Shown: positions 44,468-57,463, counted from the first letter of the stretch. The stretch is 64,000 nt of DNA from Polyangiaceae bacterium (GCA_035063585.1 JAPSGB010000024.1:1-64000), one strand, 5' to 3'. Numbers and translations: made by a program. Notes: a model not told the origin generated them from the letters alone.

Positions 44468-44901
44468 AGCTCCGGGTGAAGCGCGTCGGGCCGGTGGAGG
44501 TACCGCTGCCGGCTTACGCGAGCGAACTCGCGGCGGGGCTCGATCTCTCGGCGGCGCTCGAAGCGGCGGTGCTCATCGAGCCCGGCGCGCGGCGGCTCAT
44601 CCCCACCGGCCTCATCCTCGAGCTCCCGCCCGGGTTCGAGGGACAGGTGCGCCCGCGCTCCGGGCTCGCGCTCCGCGCCGGCATCACCGTCCTCAATTCG
44701 CCGGGGACCATCGACGCCGACTTCCGCGGCGAGGTCGCGGTCGTGCTCGTGAATCTGGGCGCCGAGCCATTCCGAGTGGAGCCCCTCGCGCGGATCGCGC
44801 AGCTCGTGGTGGCGCCGGTCCTGCGCGTCGAGGTCGAGGTCGCCGACACGCTCGGCGACACGAAGCGCGGGGCCGGGGGCTACGGCTCGACGGGCGCGTG
44901 A
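44464..44901 (+). CDS. dut: dUTP diphosphatase
   Basis: Motifs AGLDL, PRSGLA, NSPGTIDADFRGE, RIAQLV and RGAGGYGSTG. Confidence 0.97.
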   Translation: MKLRVKRVGPVEVPLPAYASELAAGLDLSAALEAAVLIEPGARRLIPTGLILELPPGFEGQVRPRSGLALRAGITVLNSPGTIDADFRGEVAVVLVNLGAEPFRVEPLARIAQLVVAPVLRVEVEVADTLGDTKRGAGGYGSTGA

Positions 44902-45679
44902 GCGGCTCCCGTCAGCTCGCGGAGGAAGGTCACGAGCTCGCCGAGCACCGCGCCCTTGTCGTAGTCGCGGGTCACGATGTGCCGCGAGCGCGGCATGATG
45001 ACGACGCGCCGGCGCGACGAGCCGAGCAGGGCCATGACCCGTCGAGCGTTACTCGCCGGGCACACCCGGTCCTTCGCGCCGTGGATCACCAGCGCCGGGG
45101 CCCGAATGCGGCCGAGCTCTTCGCGCACGCGCTCGCCCGCGCGGAGGACCTCGAGGGCCGCGTGCAGCGGCTGCGCGTCGTAGGTGAGGTGGGTGGCGCT
45201 CGCCTCCGGATCGGCGAGATCGGCGCCCGCCTTGGGGATCCAGAAATCGGGCGCGTGGAGCGCGCGGAGCGCGCGGAGCGGCAGGCTCGGCCAGGGCCGC
45301 GCGAGCCAGACCGCGTTTGCGAGCATGACCAGGCCGCGGACGCGAGGGCCTTCGGTGGCCGCGAGGTGCGCCGCGAGGAGCGAGCCCATCGAGAGCCCGG
45401 CGACCACCACTGGCCCGCTCGCCGCGAGCTGCTCGAAGGCCGCCCGCGCCGCGGCGACCCAGTCCTCCCAGGTCGTGCGGGCGAGATCCCGGACGTGGGT
45501 CCCGTGGCCGGGCAAGAGCGGAGCCGCCGCGCGGAGCCCGAGCTCGCGCGCCGCCTCGATGACCAGCTCGACCTCGAGCGGGGTGCCGCCGAAGCCGTGG
45601 AGCGCAAGCACCGGGGGCGCGGCGCCGTCGAGCGCGAGCGCCCGGGCGGTCCCGGGGCCGACCAGCGAACCTCGCGCCA

Positions 45680-45680
<1 letters not shown>
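44880..45680 (-). CDS. Alpha/beta hydrolase (carboxylesterase / monoacylglycerol lipase-like)
   Basis: Motifs LHGFGG, PLLPGHG, GLSMG (nucleophile elbow), HGAKD and SRH. Confidence 0.88.
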
Positions 45681-47149
<1,469 letters not shown>

Positions 47150-47219
47150 GACCGGGAGCGTAGGATGCGCTCTCGGCGGAAGGAAGAGGCAGCCCGCGCT
47201 CCCGCGCCCGCTGGCCGCG

Positions 47220-48020
47220 TCAGTTCGACTGCTCGGCGCGGTCGAGCCGCCCGAGGAAGTTGCGCGCCGGCACCACGAAGGCGCTCTCCGGATAGCGAGC
47301 GATGACGGACTCGAGCACCGCGCGGGCATCCGCGGGCTGCTTCATCTTCAGGTACGTCTCGCCGAGCAGCACGAGCGCCTCCGGTTCGAGCCCCGAGTGC
47401 GCGTAGCTCCGGAGCGCGTACTGGCAGCGGGCGACCGCGGCCGGGAAGTTGTCCCGGCCCAGGTAGAACCGCGCGACGTAGAGCTCGTGTCTCGCGAGGA
47501 CACCGGTCACGACCTCGAGCATGTAGCCGAGCTCTCGGGTCTTGTCGTACCCGGGGTAGTCGCCGAGGAACGCCTGGATGGTCGAGTAGGCCTCGTGCAC
47601 GGTGGCGAGATCGCGCTCTTCGAGCGGGGGCAGGAGCAGGGACTCACCGCTCTGCTCGTACAGCGACTTCACCACGCGATAGCGCGCGTAGGGCACCTCG
47701 GCGTCGTTCGGGTAATCGTGGACGAAGCCCTTGTAGCCGGTGATGGCCTCGACGTATTTTTCCTGATGAAACGCGATGTCCGCCACGCGCAGATCGGCGA
47801 GCCGCGCGTAGCGGCTGTAGCCATACTTCCGCTTGACGTCCTCGAAGAGCTGGGTGGCGGTCTCCCAGTCGTGGTCGTAGAACGCGTCGAGCGCCTCGTC
47901 GTAGGCCCGCTTGGCGTCCTCCGCGTACTCGAGCGGGTTCTGGGCGCGCGGCGGCGCGGCGCAGCCGATCACCGGCGCCGCGAAGGCGAGGCCCAGAGCG
48001 AGAACCAGGACCGAGCGCAT
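47220..48020 (-). CDS. bamD: Outer membrane protein assembly factor BamD
   Basis: Lipobox VIGC; TPR repeats YGYSRYA and FVHDYP; LARHELYVARFY. Confidence 0.88.
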   Translation of the reverse strand: MRSVLVLALGLAFAAPVIGCAAPPRAQNPLEYAEDAKRAYDEALDAFYDHDWETATQLFEDVKRKYGYSRYARLADLRVADIAFHQEKYVEAITGYKGFVHDYPNDAEVPYARYRVVKSLYEQSGESLLLPPLEERDLATVHEAYSTIQAFLGDYPGYDKTRELGYMLEVVTGVLARHELYVARFYLGRDNFPAAVARCQYALRSYAHSGLEPEALVLLGETYLKMKQPADARAVLESVIARYPESAFVVPARNFLGRLDRAEQSN

Positions 48021-48101
48021 GACCGGGTGACGGGTTAGCCAAATTCTCAGAGCCGGGCAAGCGGAGCTTGATCGGCGGAAGGCCTGGGGTAAGAAGTGGC
48101 C

Positions 48102-48575
48102 ATGCCGGAACGGGTGCCGATGACCCCCCGCGGGGCGGAGAAGCTCAAGGAGGAGCTCGCGCGCCTCAAGGAGGAGCGCCCCAAGATCTCGCGGGAGATC
48201 GGGGTCGCCCGCGAGCACGGGGATCTCAGCGAGAACGCCGAGTACCACGCGGCCAAGGAGCGCCAGGGCATGGTCGAGGCTCGCATCAAGGACCTCGAGG
48301 ACAAGCTCAGCCGCTCCGAGGTCATCGATCCGCGCCGGCTCTCCGGCTCCCGAGTGAGGTTCGGCGCCACGGTCACGCTCCTCAACCTCGACACCGACGA
48401 GGAGGCGACCTACCAGATCGTGGGCGCCGACGAGGCCGACATCGACAGCGGCAGCATCAGCGTCTCCGCCCCGCTCGCTCACGCGCTCATCGGGAAGGAA
48501 GCGGGCGACGAGATCAGCATCACGCTCCCCGCCGGGAAGCGCCGCTACGAGATCTCGGACGTCGTCTTCCGCTGA
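48102..48575 (+). CDS. greA: Transcription elongation factor GreA
   Basis: Motifs PMTPRG, AREHGDLSENAEYHAAKE, FGATV, YQIVG and ISVSAPLA. Confidence 0.96.
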   Translation: MPERVPMTPRGAEKLKEELARLKEERPKISREIGVAREHGDLSENAEYHAAKERQGMVEARIKDLEDKLSRSEVIDPRRLSGSRVRFGATVTLLNLDTDEEATYQIVGADEADIDSGSISVSAPLAHALIGKEAGDEISITLPAGKRRYEISDVVFR

Positions 48576-48588
48576 GGGAGGAGGGAAG

Positions 48589-51500
48589 GTGGCGGGTCCG
48601 GCGCGATGCAGGGCGCGGGCCGCCGGCGCGCTCGCGAGCGGGATCCTCGCGGCCTGGGCCGTGGTCGCGGCGGAGCTCGCGGTGGTGGCGCTGCTCGAGC
48701 GTCGGCGCCTGGCGAGCGTGTGGGAGCTCCAGTACGGCGCGCTGTGGCTCGCCCCCGCGGCCTTGGTCGCGGCGGCTGGGCTCGGCGCGCTCGGCGCCGG
48801 GCTCGCCGGCCTCGCCGCGCGCGGCCGAGCGCGGCTCCCGCGCGCGGCGCTCGCGGGCCTCGTCGGGCTCGCGGGCGCGGTCGCCGCGTGGAGCGTGGGG
48901 GGAGGGCGGCACCTCGCGTCGTTCGCGGCGCGGGGCGGCTTCGCCCTCGGCGTCGCGCTCGGGAGCGGCGCGCTCGCCTGGTGGTCGGCGCCGCGGTTGG
49001 CGCGGGCCATCGCGGCGCGCCCGCTCGTGGTCGCGCTCGGCGCGGCCGCGCTCGTGGTCGCGCTCGAGCTCGTGAACCAGCTCATCCTGGTGCGGCTCTA
49101 CCCGGCGTTTCACCTCGCGCTCGCCGCCGCCGCGCTCGCGCTCGCGCCGCTCGGCGCGCGGGCGCTCACCGCTCGCGCGCGACCGACCGCTCGCGCGCCG
49201 CTCGCGCTCGCCGCGCTCGTCGCCCTGATCGCCGGGCTCGCGCTCGCCGCGCGCCCAGCCGCCGCGCGGCTCTCCTGGTTCGACAACTTCCGCCTCCTGC
49301 TGCTCGAGCGCGCGCCGCTGCTCGCCCAGGCGGTGCGCCTGTCGGCGCTCCTCGCGCCACCGCCTCCGCTCGAGGAAGCGGCTTGCGCGAACGAGGCGTG
49401 CGGCGCCGAGCCCGCGGCGGCAAGTCACGCGCTCGATCTGCGCGGCCGCGATCTCCTGCTCGTCACCGTCGACGCGCTGCGCGCCGACCACGTGGGCGCG
49501 TACGGCTATGCGCGTCCGACCACACCGAACCTCGACGCGCTGGCGAAGCAGGGCGCACGCTTCGAGGCCGCGTACTGCCCGACGCCGCACACGTCGTACT
49601 CGCTCACCTCGCTCATGACCGGGAAGTACCTGCGCCCGCTCCTCCGGCAGGGCGCCGGGGAGGACTCGGACACCTGGGCGTCCTTGCTCCGCACCTACGG
49701 GTACCGCACGGCGGCGTTCTATCCACCGGCGGTGTTCTTCATCGATCCGGACCGCTTCACGCGCTTCGAGCAGGGCGGGCTCGGGTTCGAGTATCGCAAG
49801 GTCGAGTTCGCGGAGGGCGAGCGGCGGAGCGAGCAGCTTCGGCGCTACCTCGCCGGAGAGCCCGCGACCCAGCGCGTATTCGCCTGGGTGCACCTCTTCG
49901 CGCCCCACGAGCCGTACGAGGCTCACCCCAACCACCAGTTCGGCGATCGCGACGTCGATCGCTACGACTCCGAGATCGCCTTCGCCGACCAGACGCTCGG
50001 CGAGCTCGTCCGGACCTTCCGCGAGCAGCGCCCGGACGCGGTCGTCATCGTCACCGCGGACCACGGCGAGGAGTTCGGCGAGCATGGCGGGCACTATCAC
50101 GGCACCTCGGTCTACGAAGAGCAGGTGCGGGTCCCGCTCGTGATCTCGGCCCCCGGCGCCATCGCGCCGGGCCGGCACATCCCCGAGGTCGTGCAGACCA
50201 TCGATCTGCTGCCGACCGTGCTCGGCGCGCTCGATATCCCACGGCCGCCGCGGATCCGCGGGCGGGATCTCGGCGACCTGCTCGCCGGTGAGCGAGCGCC
50301 CGGCGAGGGGCTCGCCTTCGCGGAGACCGACGAGCAGGAGCTCCTCGCCAAGGGGCGGCTTCGCCTGATTTGCCAGCGCCAGATCGGCGCCTGCCAGCTC
50401 TTCGACCTCGCCGACGATCCGGCGGCGCAGCGGGACCGCTCGCGCGATGAGAGCGCGCGGTTCGACGAGCTGCGCCGCGGGCTCCGCGACCTCGCCGCGT
50501 CGCACGGTCGGTTCGAAGAGCGAGGCCTGCGCGCAGAGGGGAAGGGCTGGCCGCCGGCGCTCCTCCGGGGGCTCGCCGGCGATGGCGACGCCGCCGAGGA
50601 GCTCGCGCCGCTGCTCGACGACGCGGACGTGACCATCCGGCGGAAGGCGGCCGAAGTGCTCTTTCAGCTTCACCGCAAGGAGACCGCGCCCGCGCTCCGC
50701 CTGGCGCTCGCGCGCGATGAGGACGATGAGGTCCGGCGCTGGGCCGCGCTCGCGCTCACGCGCCTCGGAGAGGGCGCGCCGCTCGTGTTCGAGCTCGTGC
50801 GGTCCGAGGAGCCGACCTGGCGCCGGCTCGCCGCGCTCGCGCTCGGCGAGGTGGGGGACGGGCGCGGGGAGGCGACGCTGGTCGCCTGGTGGAAGGACCG
50901 CCCGGCGCGGGACTACCAGCGCTCCCGCGAGCTGCTCGCCGCCTTCGCCGCCATCCGCGCGAAGGACGCGGTCTGGCCGCTCGTGGAGTCGCTCGACGAC
51001 GTGCGGCTCCGCCCCTACATCGCGACCACGCTCGCGGCGATCGGCGAGGACGTGGCGCGAGCGCCGCTCGCCAAGGCCCTCGCGCGGGAGCGGTACCAGG
51101 GGGCGCGGGTGGTCCTCATGAACGCGCTGGTCGAGCTCGGCGCCGGCGCCGAGCTGGCTGCGCCCCTCGTGCGCTGGCTCGGCGTCCCGGATCCTCTGCC
51201 CGGTGCCCTGGGAGCCGCGCTCGAGGCCGGGATCCTCGAGCAGGTGGGTGGCCCGGACGCGCGGGATCTCGTGCGGCTCCGCAAGCACGCGGGCGAGGGG
51301 GTTGCGCTCGGCCTGTTCATCCCGCGCGGGGGTAACGGGCGAGGGATCCGCGCGATCCTTCGCGCCCGGGCGCCGCTCGGGCCCGGCCAAGTGCACGTCG
51401 GGCTGCCCGCGAATGGGGTCAGGTATGACTCGAAGGGTAATCCGATAAAGACTCGAAATTTACCGAGAATCGACCCTGACAAATCACTCGATGTGAGCCT

Positions 51501-51723
51501 CCGGCAGTCGCCGGACCTGGTCGAGGTGACCGCGCTCGTCCCGCCCGCGCTCGGGCTCAGGGCAGGGCGCGCGGTGCGGCTCGTGGTGTACGCCGATCAC
51601 GCGGTGGAGCTCGAGGCGCTCGCGCTCGTGCCGCTCGCCGACGAGCTCCCGCCACCGGCACCGAAGCCGTGGCGGCCGGCCGCGGCAGACGCCGGGGCGG
51701 ACGCGAGCGACGAGGAACCGTGA
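48589..51723 (+). CDS. Membrane-anchored sulfatase-like (alkaline phosphatase superfamily) protein with HEAT repeats
   Basis: Multiple TM helices; motifs TVDALRADH, TPNLD, WVHLFAPH, YDSEI and TADHGEEFGEHG; HEAT/PBS repeats (DDADVTIRRKAA, DEDDEVRRWAA). Confidence 0.82.
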   Translation: MAGPARCRARAAGALASGILAAWAVVAAELAVVALLERRRLASVWELQYGALWLAPAALVAAAGLGALGAGLAGLAARGRARLPRAALAGLVGLAGAVAAWSVGGGRHLASFAARGGFALGVALGSGALAWWSAPRLARAIAARPLVVALGAAALVVALELVNQLILVRLYPAFHLALAAAALALAPLGARALTARARPTARAPLALAALVALIAGLALAARPAAARLSWFDNFRLLLLERAPLLAQAVRLSALLAPPPPLEEAACANEACGAEPAAASHALDLRGRDLLLVTVDALRADHVGAYGYARPTTPNLDALAKQGARFEAAYCPTPHTSYSLTSLMTGKYLRPLLRQGAGEDSDTWASLLRTYGYRTAAFYPPAVFFIDPDRFTRFEQGGLGFEYRKVEFAEGERRSEQLRRYLAGEPATQRVFAWVHLFAPHEPYEAHPNHQFGDRDVDRYDSEIAFADQTLGELVRTFREQRPDAVVIVTADHGEEFGEHGGHYHGTSVYEEQVRVPLVISAPGAIAPGRHIPEVVQTIDLLPTVLGALDIPRPPRIRGRDLGDLLAGERAPGEGLAFAETDEQELLAKGRLRLICQRQIGACQLFDLADDPAAQRDRSRDESARFDELRRGLRDLAASHGRFEERGLRAEGKGWPPALLRGLAGDGDAAEELAPLLDDADVTIRRKAAEVLFQLHRKETAPALRLALARDEDDEVRRWAALALTRLGEGAPLVFELVRSEEPTWRRLAALALGEVGDGRGEATLVAWWKDRPARDYQRSRELLAAFAAIRAKDAVWPLVESLDDVRLRPYIATTLAAIGEDVARAPLAKALARERYQGARVVLMNALVELGAGAELAAPLVRWLGVPDPLPGALGAALEAGILEQVGGPDARDLVRLRKHAGEGVALGLFIPRGGNGRGIRAILRARAPLGPGQVHVGLPANGVRYDSKGNPIKTRNLPRIDPDKSLDVSLRQSPDLVEVTALVPPALGLRAGRAVRLVVYADHAVELEALALVPLADELPPPAPKPWRPAAADAGADASDEEP

Positions 51724-51775
51724 AACGCCCGGGAACCCGTCTCGAGATCTCGCGGACAGTGGTATAGAGGCGCCG

Positions 51776-53074
51776 GTGACAGCCGACGACGACGACCAGG
51801 GCACTCGCCGCTCACGCAGAGCGCGGCGGCGCGAGGAGCAGGCGAGCGAGAACGCCGAATCGGCGGCGACCGAGGCCGAAGAGCGCGACGGCGAGGCCGA
51901 AGAGCGCGGCGGCGAGGCCGAAGAGCGCGACGGCGAGGCCGAAGAGCGCGACGGCGAGGCCGAAGCGGCGGCAGAGCCTGCGCGCGCGGCGCCGGCGCCT
52001 GCTCGGAAGCCGCGGAAGCAGCCGCGGGGCGCGCGCGCTGACGAGGAGCTCGAGCCGTCGCGCATTCGCGATCGCAACCAGCGCGTTCGCGCTCGGGCGG
52101 CCGCGCGGCGCCGCGCCGCCGAAGACGCGCGGTCGGCGGGCGTCGCGGGCCCCGGCGGTATCATGGGGGACACCGGCCTCGCGCGCGGCGCGTCGACGGT
52201 GTCCGACTGGGCCAAGAAGCACTTCAACGTCATCCAGTGGGTGCTGGTCGCCGCGCTGGTCGGGCTGGTCGCCTGGCGGGTCACCGCGTACCGCAACACG
52301 AAGCAGCTCGAGAAAGGGTCGGCCGAGCTCCTCGACGGCGTGATCGACGAGAACGGCCGGGTCGGCGCCGAGACGCTGCCGCCCGGCGAGGAGGAGTTCG
52401 ACCCTCGCAAGGCGTTCGCGACCGACGCGGAGCGGCTGGCCGCGGCGGAGCAGTCTTATCGCGCCGCCGCCGCCGGGCGCTCCGGCGCGGGCACCACGAT
52501 CCTCGCGCGGCTCGGGCTGGCCGGCGTCTTGTACGACCAGGGCAAGTACGAGGAGGCGCGGGCCGCGTACGAGGCGGTCAAGAACAGTGCGCTCAGCCAG
52601 TACGACCAGGACGTGCGCGGTCGCTCCATCGAGGGGATCGGGATGAGCCTCGAGGCGAAGGGGCAGGTCGACGCGGCCGCCAAGACCTATCACGAGCTCG
52701 AGAACTCGGATCTCCCGGCGTTTTCCGCGCTCGGGCTCTATCACCAGGCGCGCCTAGCGCTCGCCAAGGGCGACAAGGACCGCGCCAAGCAGCTGGTCGA
52801 GGGAGCGCAGAAGAAGCTCAAGGCCGGCCGCGACGCGGACCCGTCCTCGGGTTACCTGGTGCAGGCGACCACCGCGCTCCTCCGACAGATCGATCCGAGC
52901 TCGGTGCCGCCGCCGGGCAACTACACGGAGGAGGATCTCAGCCAGCTCAAGGCTCAGCTCATGCAGGATCCGAGCAGGCTCCAAGACCTCCTGCGCCAGC
53001 TCGGCAAGGACGGCCCTGCCGGGGGCTTGCCCGCGCCGCCGCCGATGCCTGCGCCGGTGGGGTCCGCTCCGTGA
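51776..53074 (+). CDS. TPR-containing membrane protein (YfgM-like)
   Basis: Charged N-terminus, one TM helix, then TPR helices (LAGVLYDQGKYEEA). Lies directly upstream of a BamB-like gene. Confidence 0.7.
   Translation: MTADDDDQGTRRSRRARRREEQASENAESAATEAEERDGEAEERGGEAEERDGEAEERDGEAEAAAEPARAAPAPARKPRKQPRGARADEELEPSRIRDRNQRVRARAAARRRAAEDARSAGVAGPGGIMGDTGLARGASTVSDWAKKHFNVIQWVLVAALVGLVAWRVTAYRNTKQLEKGSAELLDGVIDENGRVGAETLPPGEEEFDPRKAFATDAERLAAAEQSYRAAAAGRSGAGTTILARLGLAGVLYDQGKYEEARAAYEAVKNSALSQYDQDVRGRSIEGIGMSLEAKGQVDAAAKTYHELENSDLPAFSALGLYHQARLALAKGDKDRAKQLVEGAQKKLKAGRDADPSSGYLVQATTALLRQIDPSSVPPPGNYTEEDLSQLKAQLMQDPSRLQDLLRQLGKDGPAGGLPAPPPMPAPVGSAP
51872..51965 (+). repeat. 21-bp coding tandem repeat (EAEERDG x4.4)
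   Basis: GAGGCCGAAGAGCGCGACGGC units start at 51872, 51893 (one mismatch), 51914 and 51935, with a partial copy at 51956. Confidence 0.9.
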
Positions 53075-54318
53075 GTCGAGCCGCGCGCTCGCTCGGGTCC
53101 CTCGCAGCGCTGCTCGTCGCGGCGTCGGCGTGCGAGTCGATCCGCTCGGGAGCAAACCCCGAGCTGCCGACCTGGGCGCACCGCCCGAGCTGGGCGATGA
53201 GCCTCACGTTCTCGCGCCCACTGGTCGCCGACAGCCGCGTCGAAGGCGAGCCGTATCAGCGCGGCCAGCCGGAGATCGATCCGGTCGGGCACCGCGTCTT
53301 CGTCGGCTCGAGCGATCACGGGCTCTACGCGCTCAGCGCGGTCGACGGCGCGACGCTCTGGCGCTTCGAGACGCTCGGCTTCGTGCAGTGCGCGCCGCTC
53401 TACGACGAGCGCGAGGACGCGGTGTACTTCGGCAGCAACGACGGCGCGCTCTACAAGGTCCGCGCCCGGGACGGCGCGCTCGTCTGGCGCTTCATGAGCA
53501 ACGCGGAGTTCTCCCGCCGCCCGGTGCTCTCCGGAGGCCGGCTCTACGCCGTGAACGCGAACGACACCCTGGTGGCGCTCGACCCCGCGACCGGAAAGCT
53601 CGTCTGGAGCCAGCACCGCACGCCGGCGATGGGGATGGAGATCGCCGGCTACGCGGGGCCGCTCGTGTGGCGCGGCCGCGTCTACGCGGGCTTCAGCGAC
53701 GGCACCGTCACCGCCTTCGACGCCCGCACCGGCGACGAGGTCTGGCAGCCCGTGGATCTCTCCGCCGAGGCCGAGCAGACGCTCGGCAACGTGCCGGACT
53801 ACCTCGACTCCGACACCACGCCCGTGGCGGACACGCTCGAGCAGGGGCCGGCCGTGTTCGTGGGCAGCTACGCGGGCGGAGTGTTCGCGCTCGACGCCGA
53901 CACCGGGACGCAACTCTGGTCGAACCCGGCCGTCGCTGGGGTCACCGAGCTGGTGCTCTGGCAGCAGCCGGCGCACGCGCCACGCGGCGGTGACGGCCCG
54001 GACTTGCCCGCGCGCAAGCTCCTGCTCGCGGCGAGCGGCACGACCGGCCTGTGGGCGCTCGAGCCCGAGACGGGCCGCGAAGCGTGGCGCAAGGAGCTGC
54101 CTTCGGGCGGCGTGTCCGCGCCGGTCGCCATCGCGGGCGCGCTCCTGGTCGCCAACTCGCGGCTCGGGCTCTTCCTGATGTCTCCGCTCGATGGGGGCCT
54201 CATCGACGGAGTGGACACCGGCGATGGCGTCTCGATGACGCCCGCGGTCCGCGGGAGGCGCGCGTTCGTGATGACCAACGGCGGGCGGCTCCTCGGGCTC
54301 GTCGTGAGCCCGCCATAG
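53071..54318 (+). CDS. PQQ-like beta-propeller lipoprotein (BamB-like)
   Basis: Lipobox ASAC; repeated A(L/F)DxxTGxxxW blades. Confidence 0.85.
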   Translation: MSRAARSLGSLAALLVAASACESIRSGANPELPTWAHRPSWAMSLTFSRPLVADSRVEGEPYQRGQPEIDPVGHRVFVGSSDHGLYALSAVDGATLWRFETLGFVQCAPLYDEREDAVYFGSNDGALYKVRARDGALVWRFMSNAEFSRRPVLSGGRLYAVNANDTLVALDPATGKLVWSQHRTPAMGMEIAGYAGPLVWRGRVYAGFSDGTVTAFDARTGDEVWQPVDLSAEAEQTLGNVPDYLDSDTTPVADTLEQGPAVFVGSYAGGVFALDADTGTQLWSNPAVAGVTELVLWQQPAHAPRGGDGPDLPARKLLLAASGTTGLWALEPETGREAWRKELPSGGVSAPVAIAGALLVANSRLGLFLMSPLDGGLIDGVDTGDGVSMTPAVRGRRAFVMTNGGRLLGLVVSPP

Positions 54319-54438
54319 CGCGGCGGCGCGCCGGGCCGGGCGCCACTCCGCGCGTCATCCGCGCCGGTCAGCCACTTCGTCGTCGCGCCCGAGGCGCGGT
54401 CGGACGTCCAGGAATTACGCCGGATCGCCCCAGCCATT

Positions 54439-54466
54439 AGATCGCATAAGATACATTATGTAAACT
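54439..54466 (+). other. dif: dif site (XerC/XerD chromosome dimer resolution site)
   Basis: AGATCGCATAA-GATACA-TTATGTAAACT has the 11-6-11 layout of E. coli dif (GGTGCGCATAA-TGTATA-TTATGTTAAAT). It is an AT-rich island between convergent genes. Confidence 0.85.
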
Positions 54467-54628
54467 TACGAAGCAGACCACAGGCTGCTGCCGGTCCGGC
54501 GCGGCCGGCGCCACGCGGCGTCCACCAGGCGCTCCGGCGCCCACCAGGCGCTCCGGTGTGCTCCCCTGGGCACGGCTCGCGCGCTCGCCGCAGCCCCGCG
54601 TCGAGCGCGCGCCGCCGGCGTCCGTGAC

Positions 54629-54770
54629 GCTCGCGGCGCGCGGCCATGGCGAACCTGTCCGGTGGCCGCACTCGCGGCGCGCGGCCATGGCGAACCTGCC
54701 CGGAGACCGCGCTCGCGGCGCGCCGGCCACGCGGCGAACCTGCCCGGAGGCCGCGCTCGCGGCGCGCGGC
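54629..54770. repeat. About 41-bp intergenic tandem repeat, 3.4 copies
   Basis: (G/A)CTCGCGGCGCGCGGCCATGGCGAACCTG(T/C)CCGG(T/A)G(G/A)CCGC starts at 54629, 54670 and 54711 (with indels), with a partial copy at 54755. Confidence 0.85.
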
Positions 54771-55538
54771 TCAGAGCACGAACTGGTCGCCGAGCCCGGT
54801 GACGGTCAGGTTCACGCCCTTGAGGCGCGCGCACTCCTGCTCGACCTCGCTCTGGTACACAGGCTTGATGTGATAAAGAAGCGTCGGCAAATCCTGGGGC
54901 TTGCCGAACTTCTGGAGGTCCTTCTGCAGGGTGCGGGGCGTGTGGTGCCCGCTCGTGGTCGCCAGCTTCTGCTCTCGGTTCGGGAAGCTGACCTCCAGGA
55001 GGAGCGCCTTCAGCCGCTCCTCCTCCCGGAGCCGCTCCCATAAGCGGTCGGTCGGCCCGGTGTCGCCGCTGTACGCGAGCGACGCATCGGGCCCGCGCAC
55101 GATGAAGCCGAGGCTCTCGATGGTGTGGTTCACCGGGATCGCCTCGACCACGTAGTCGCCGATGGCGCGCGGCCGCTCCGGCTTGAGCTCGACGAAGCGG
55201 ACCGTCGGGCGCGCCTTGGTGGGGATGACCGTGAAATCCGGCCAGATGAGGTTATTGAAGAAGTGCTTCTTGAGCGCTCGGAGGGTCGCCGCGCCGGCCG
55301 CCACGATCAGGGGTTCGCAGTCGGCCTGACAGCGGTTGTCGGCGATGGTGGCGAGATCGCGGATGTGGTCGAGATGCGCGTGGCTGATGACGCAGGCCTG
55401 GAGCTGGAACTGCGATTTCAGATCGAGCCCGCTCGTGAGCGAGCCTGCGTCGAGCGTGAGCTTCTCGTCGATGACGAACGCGCTCGTCCGGTGACGCGGC
55501 GTCTCCCCTCCGTGGCAGCCGATGACTCTCAGTTCCAT
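54771..55538 (-). CDS. Metallo-beta-lactamase-fold 3',5'-cyclic nucleotide phosphodiesterase (class II-like)
   Basis: Motifs VIGCHGG, LDAGS, SHAHLDH, HFFNNLIWPDF, SGDTG, EVSFPN and YHIKP. Confidence 0.85.
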   Translation of the reverse strand: MELRVIGCHGGETPRHRTSAFVIDEKLTLDAGSLTSGLDLKSQFQLQACVISHAHLDHIRDLATIADNRCQADCEPLIVAAGAATLRALKKHFFNNLIWPDFTVIPTKARPTVRFVELKPERPRAIGDYVVEAIPVNHTIESLGFIVRGPDASLAYSGDTGPTDRLWERLREEERLKALLLEVSFPNREQKLATTSGHHTPRTLQKDLQKFGKPQDLPTLLYHIKPVYQSEVEQECARLKGVNLTVTGLGDQFVL

Positions 55539-55741
55539 GAACGCTTGGAGCCTGCTCGAACACGAAAACGAGCGAACCTGGCAGCGCGCTGGCTCGGAGC
55601 CACGGGCCCAGCCATGCAACCACCTTCGTACTCCATCTCGCGCGTTCGCGCTCCGCAAAAAGCGTATCGCACGACGTCAAGCCGGCGAGCGCCGTCCCCG
55701 CCCCGCCCTCGCCCCCCGTCTTGGGCGCCGGCGGGCCGCGC

Positions 55742-57463
<1,722 letters not shown>

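Noticed and set aside
54629..54770. Possible CRISPR array
   Set aside because: The units are contiguous with no unique spacers, there are only about three degenerate copies, and no cas genes are in the window.
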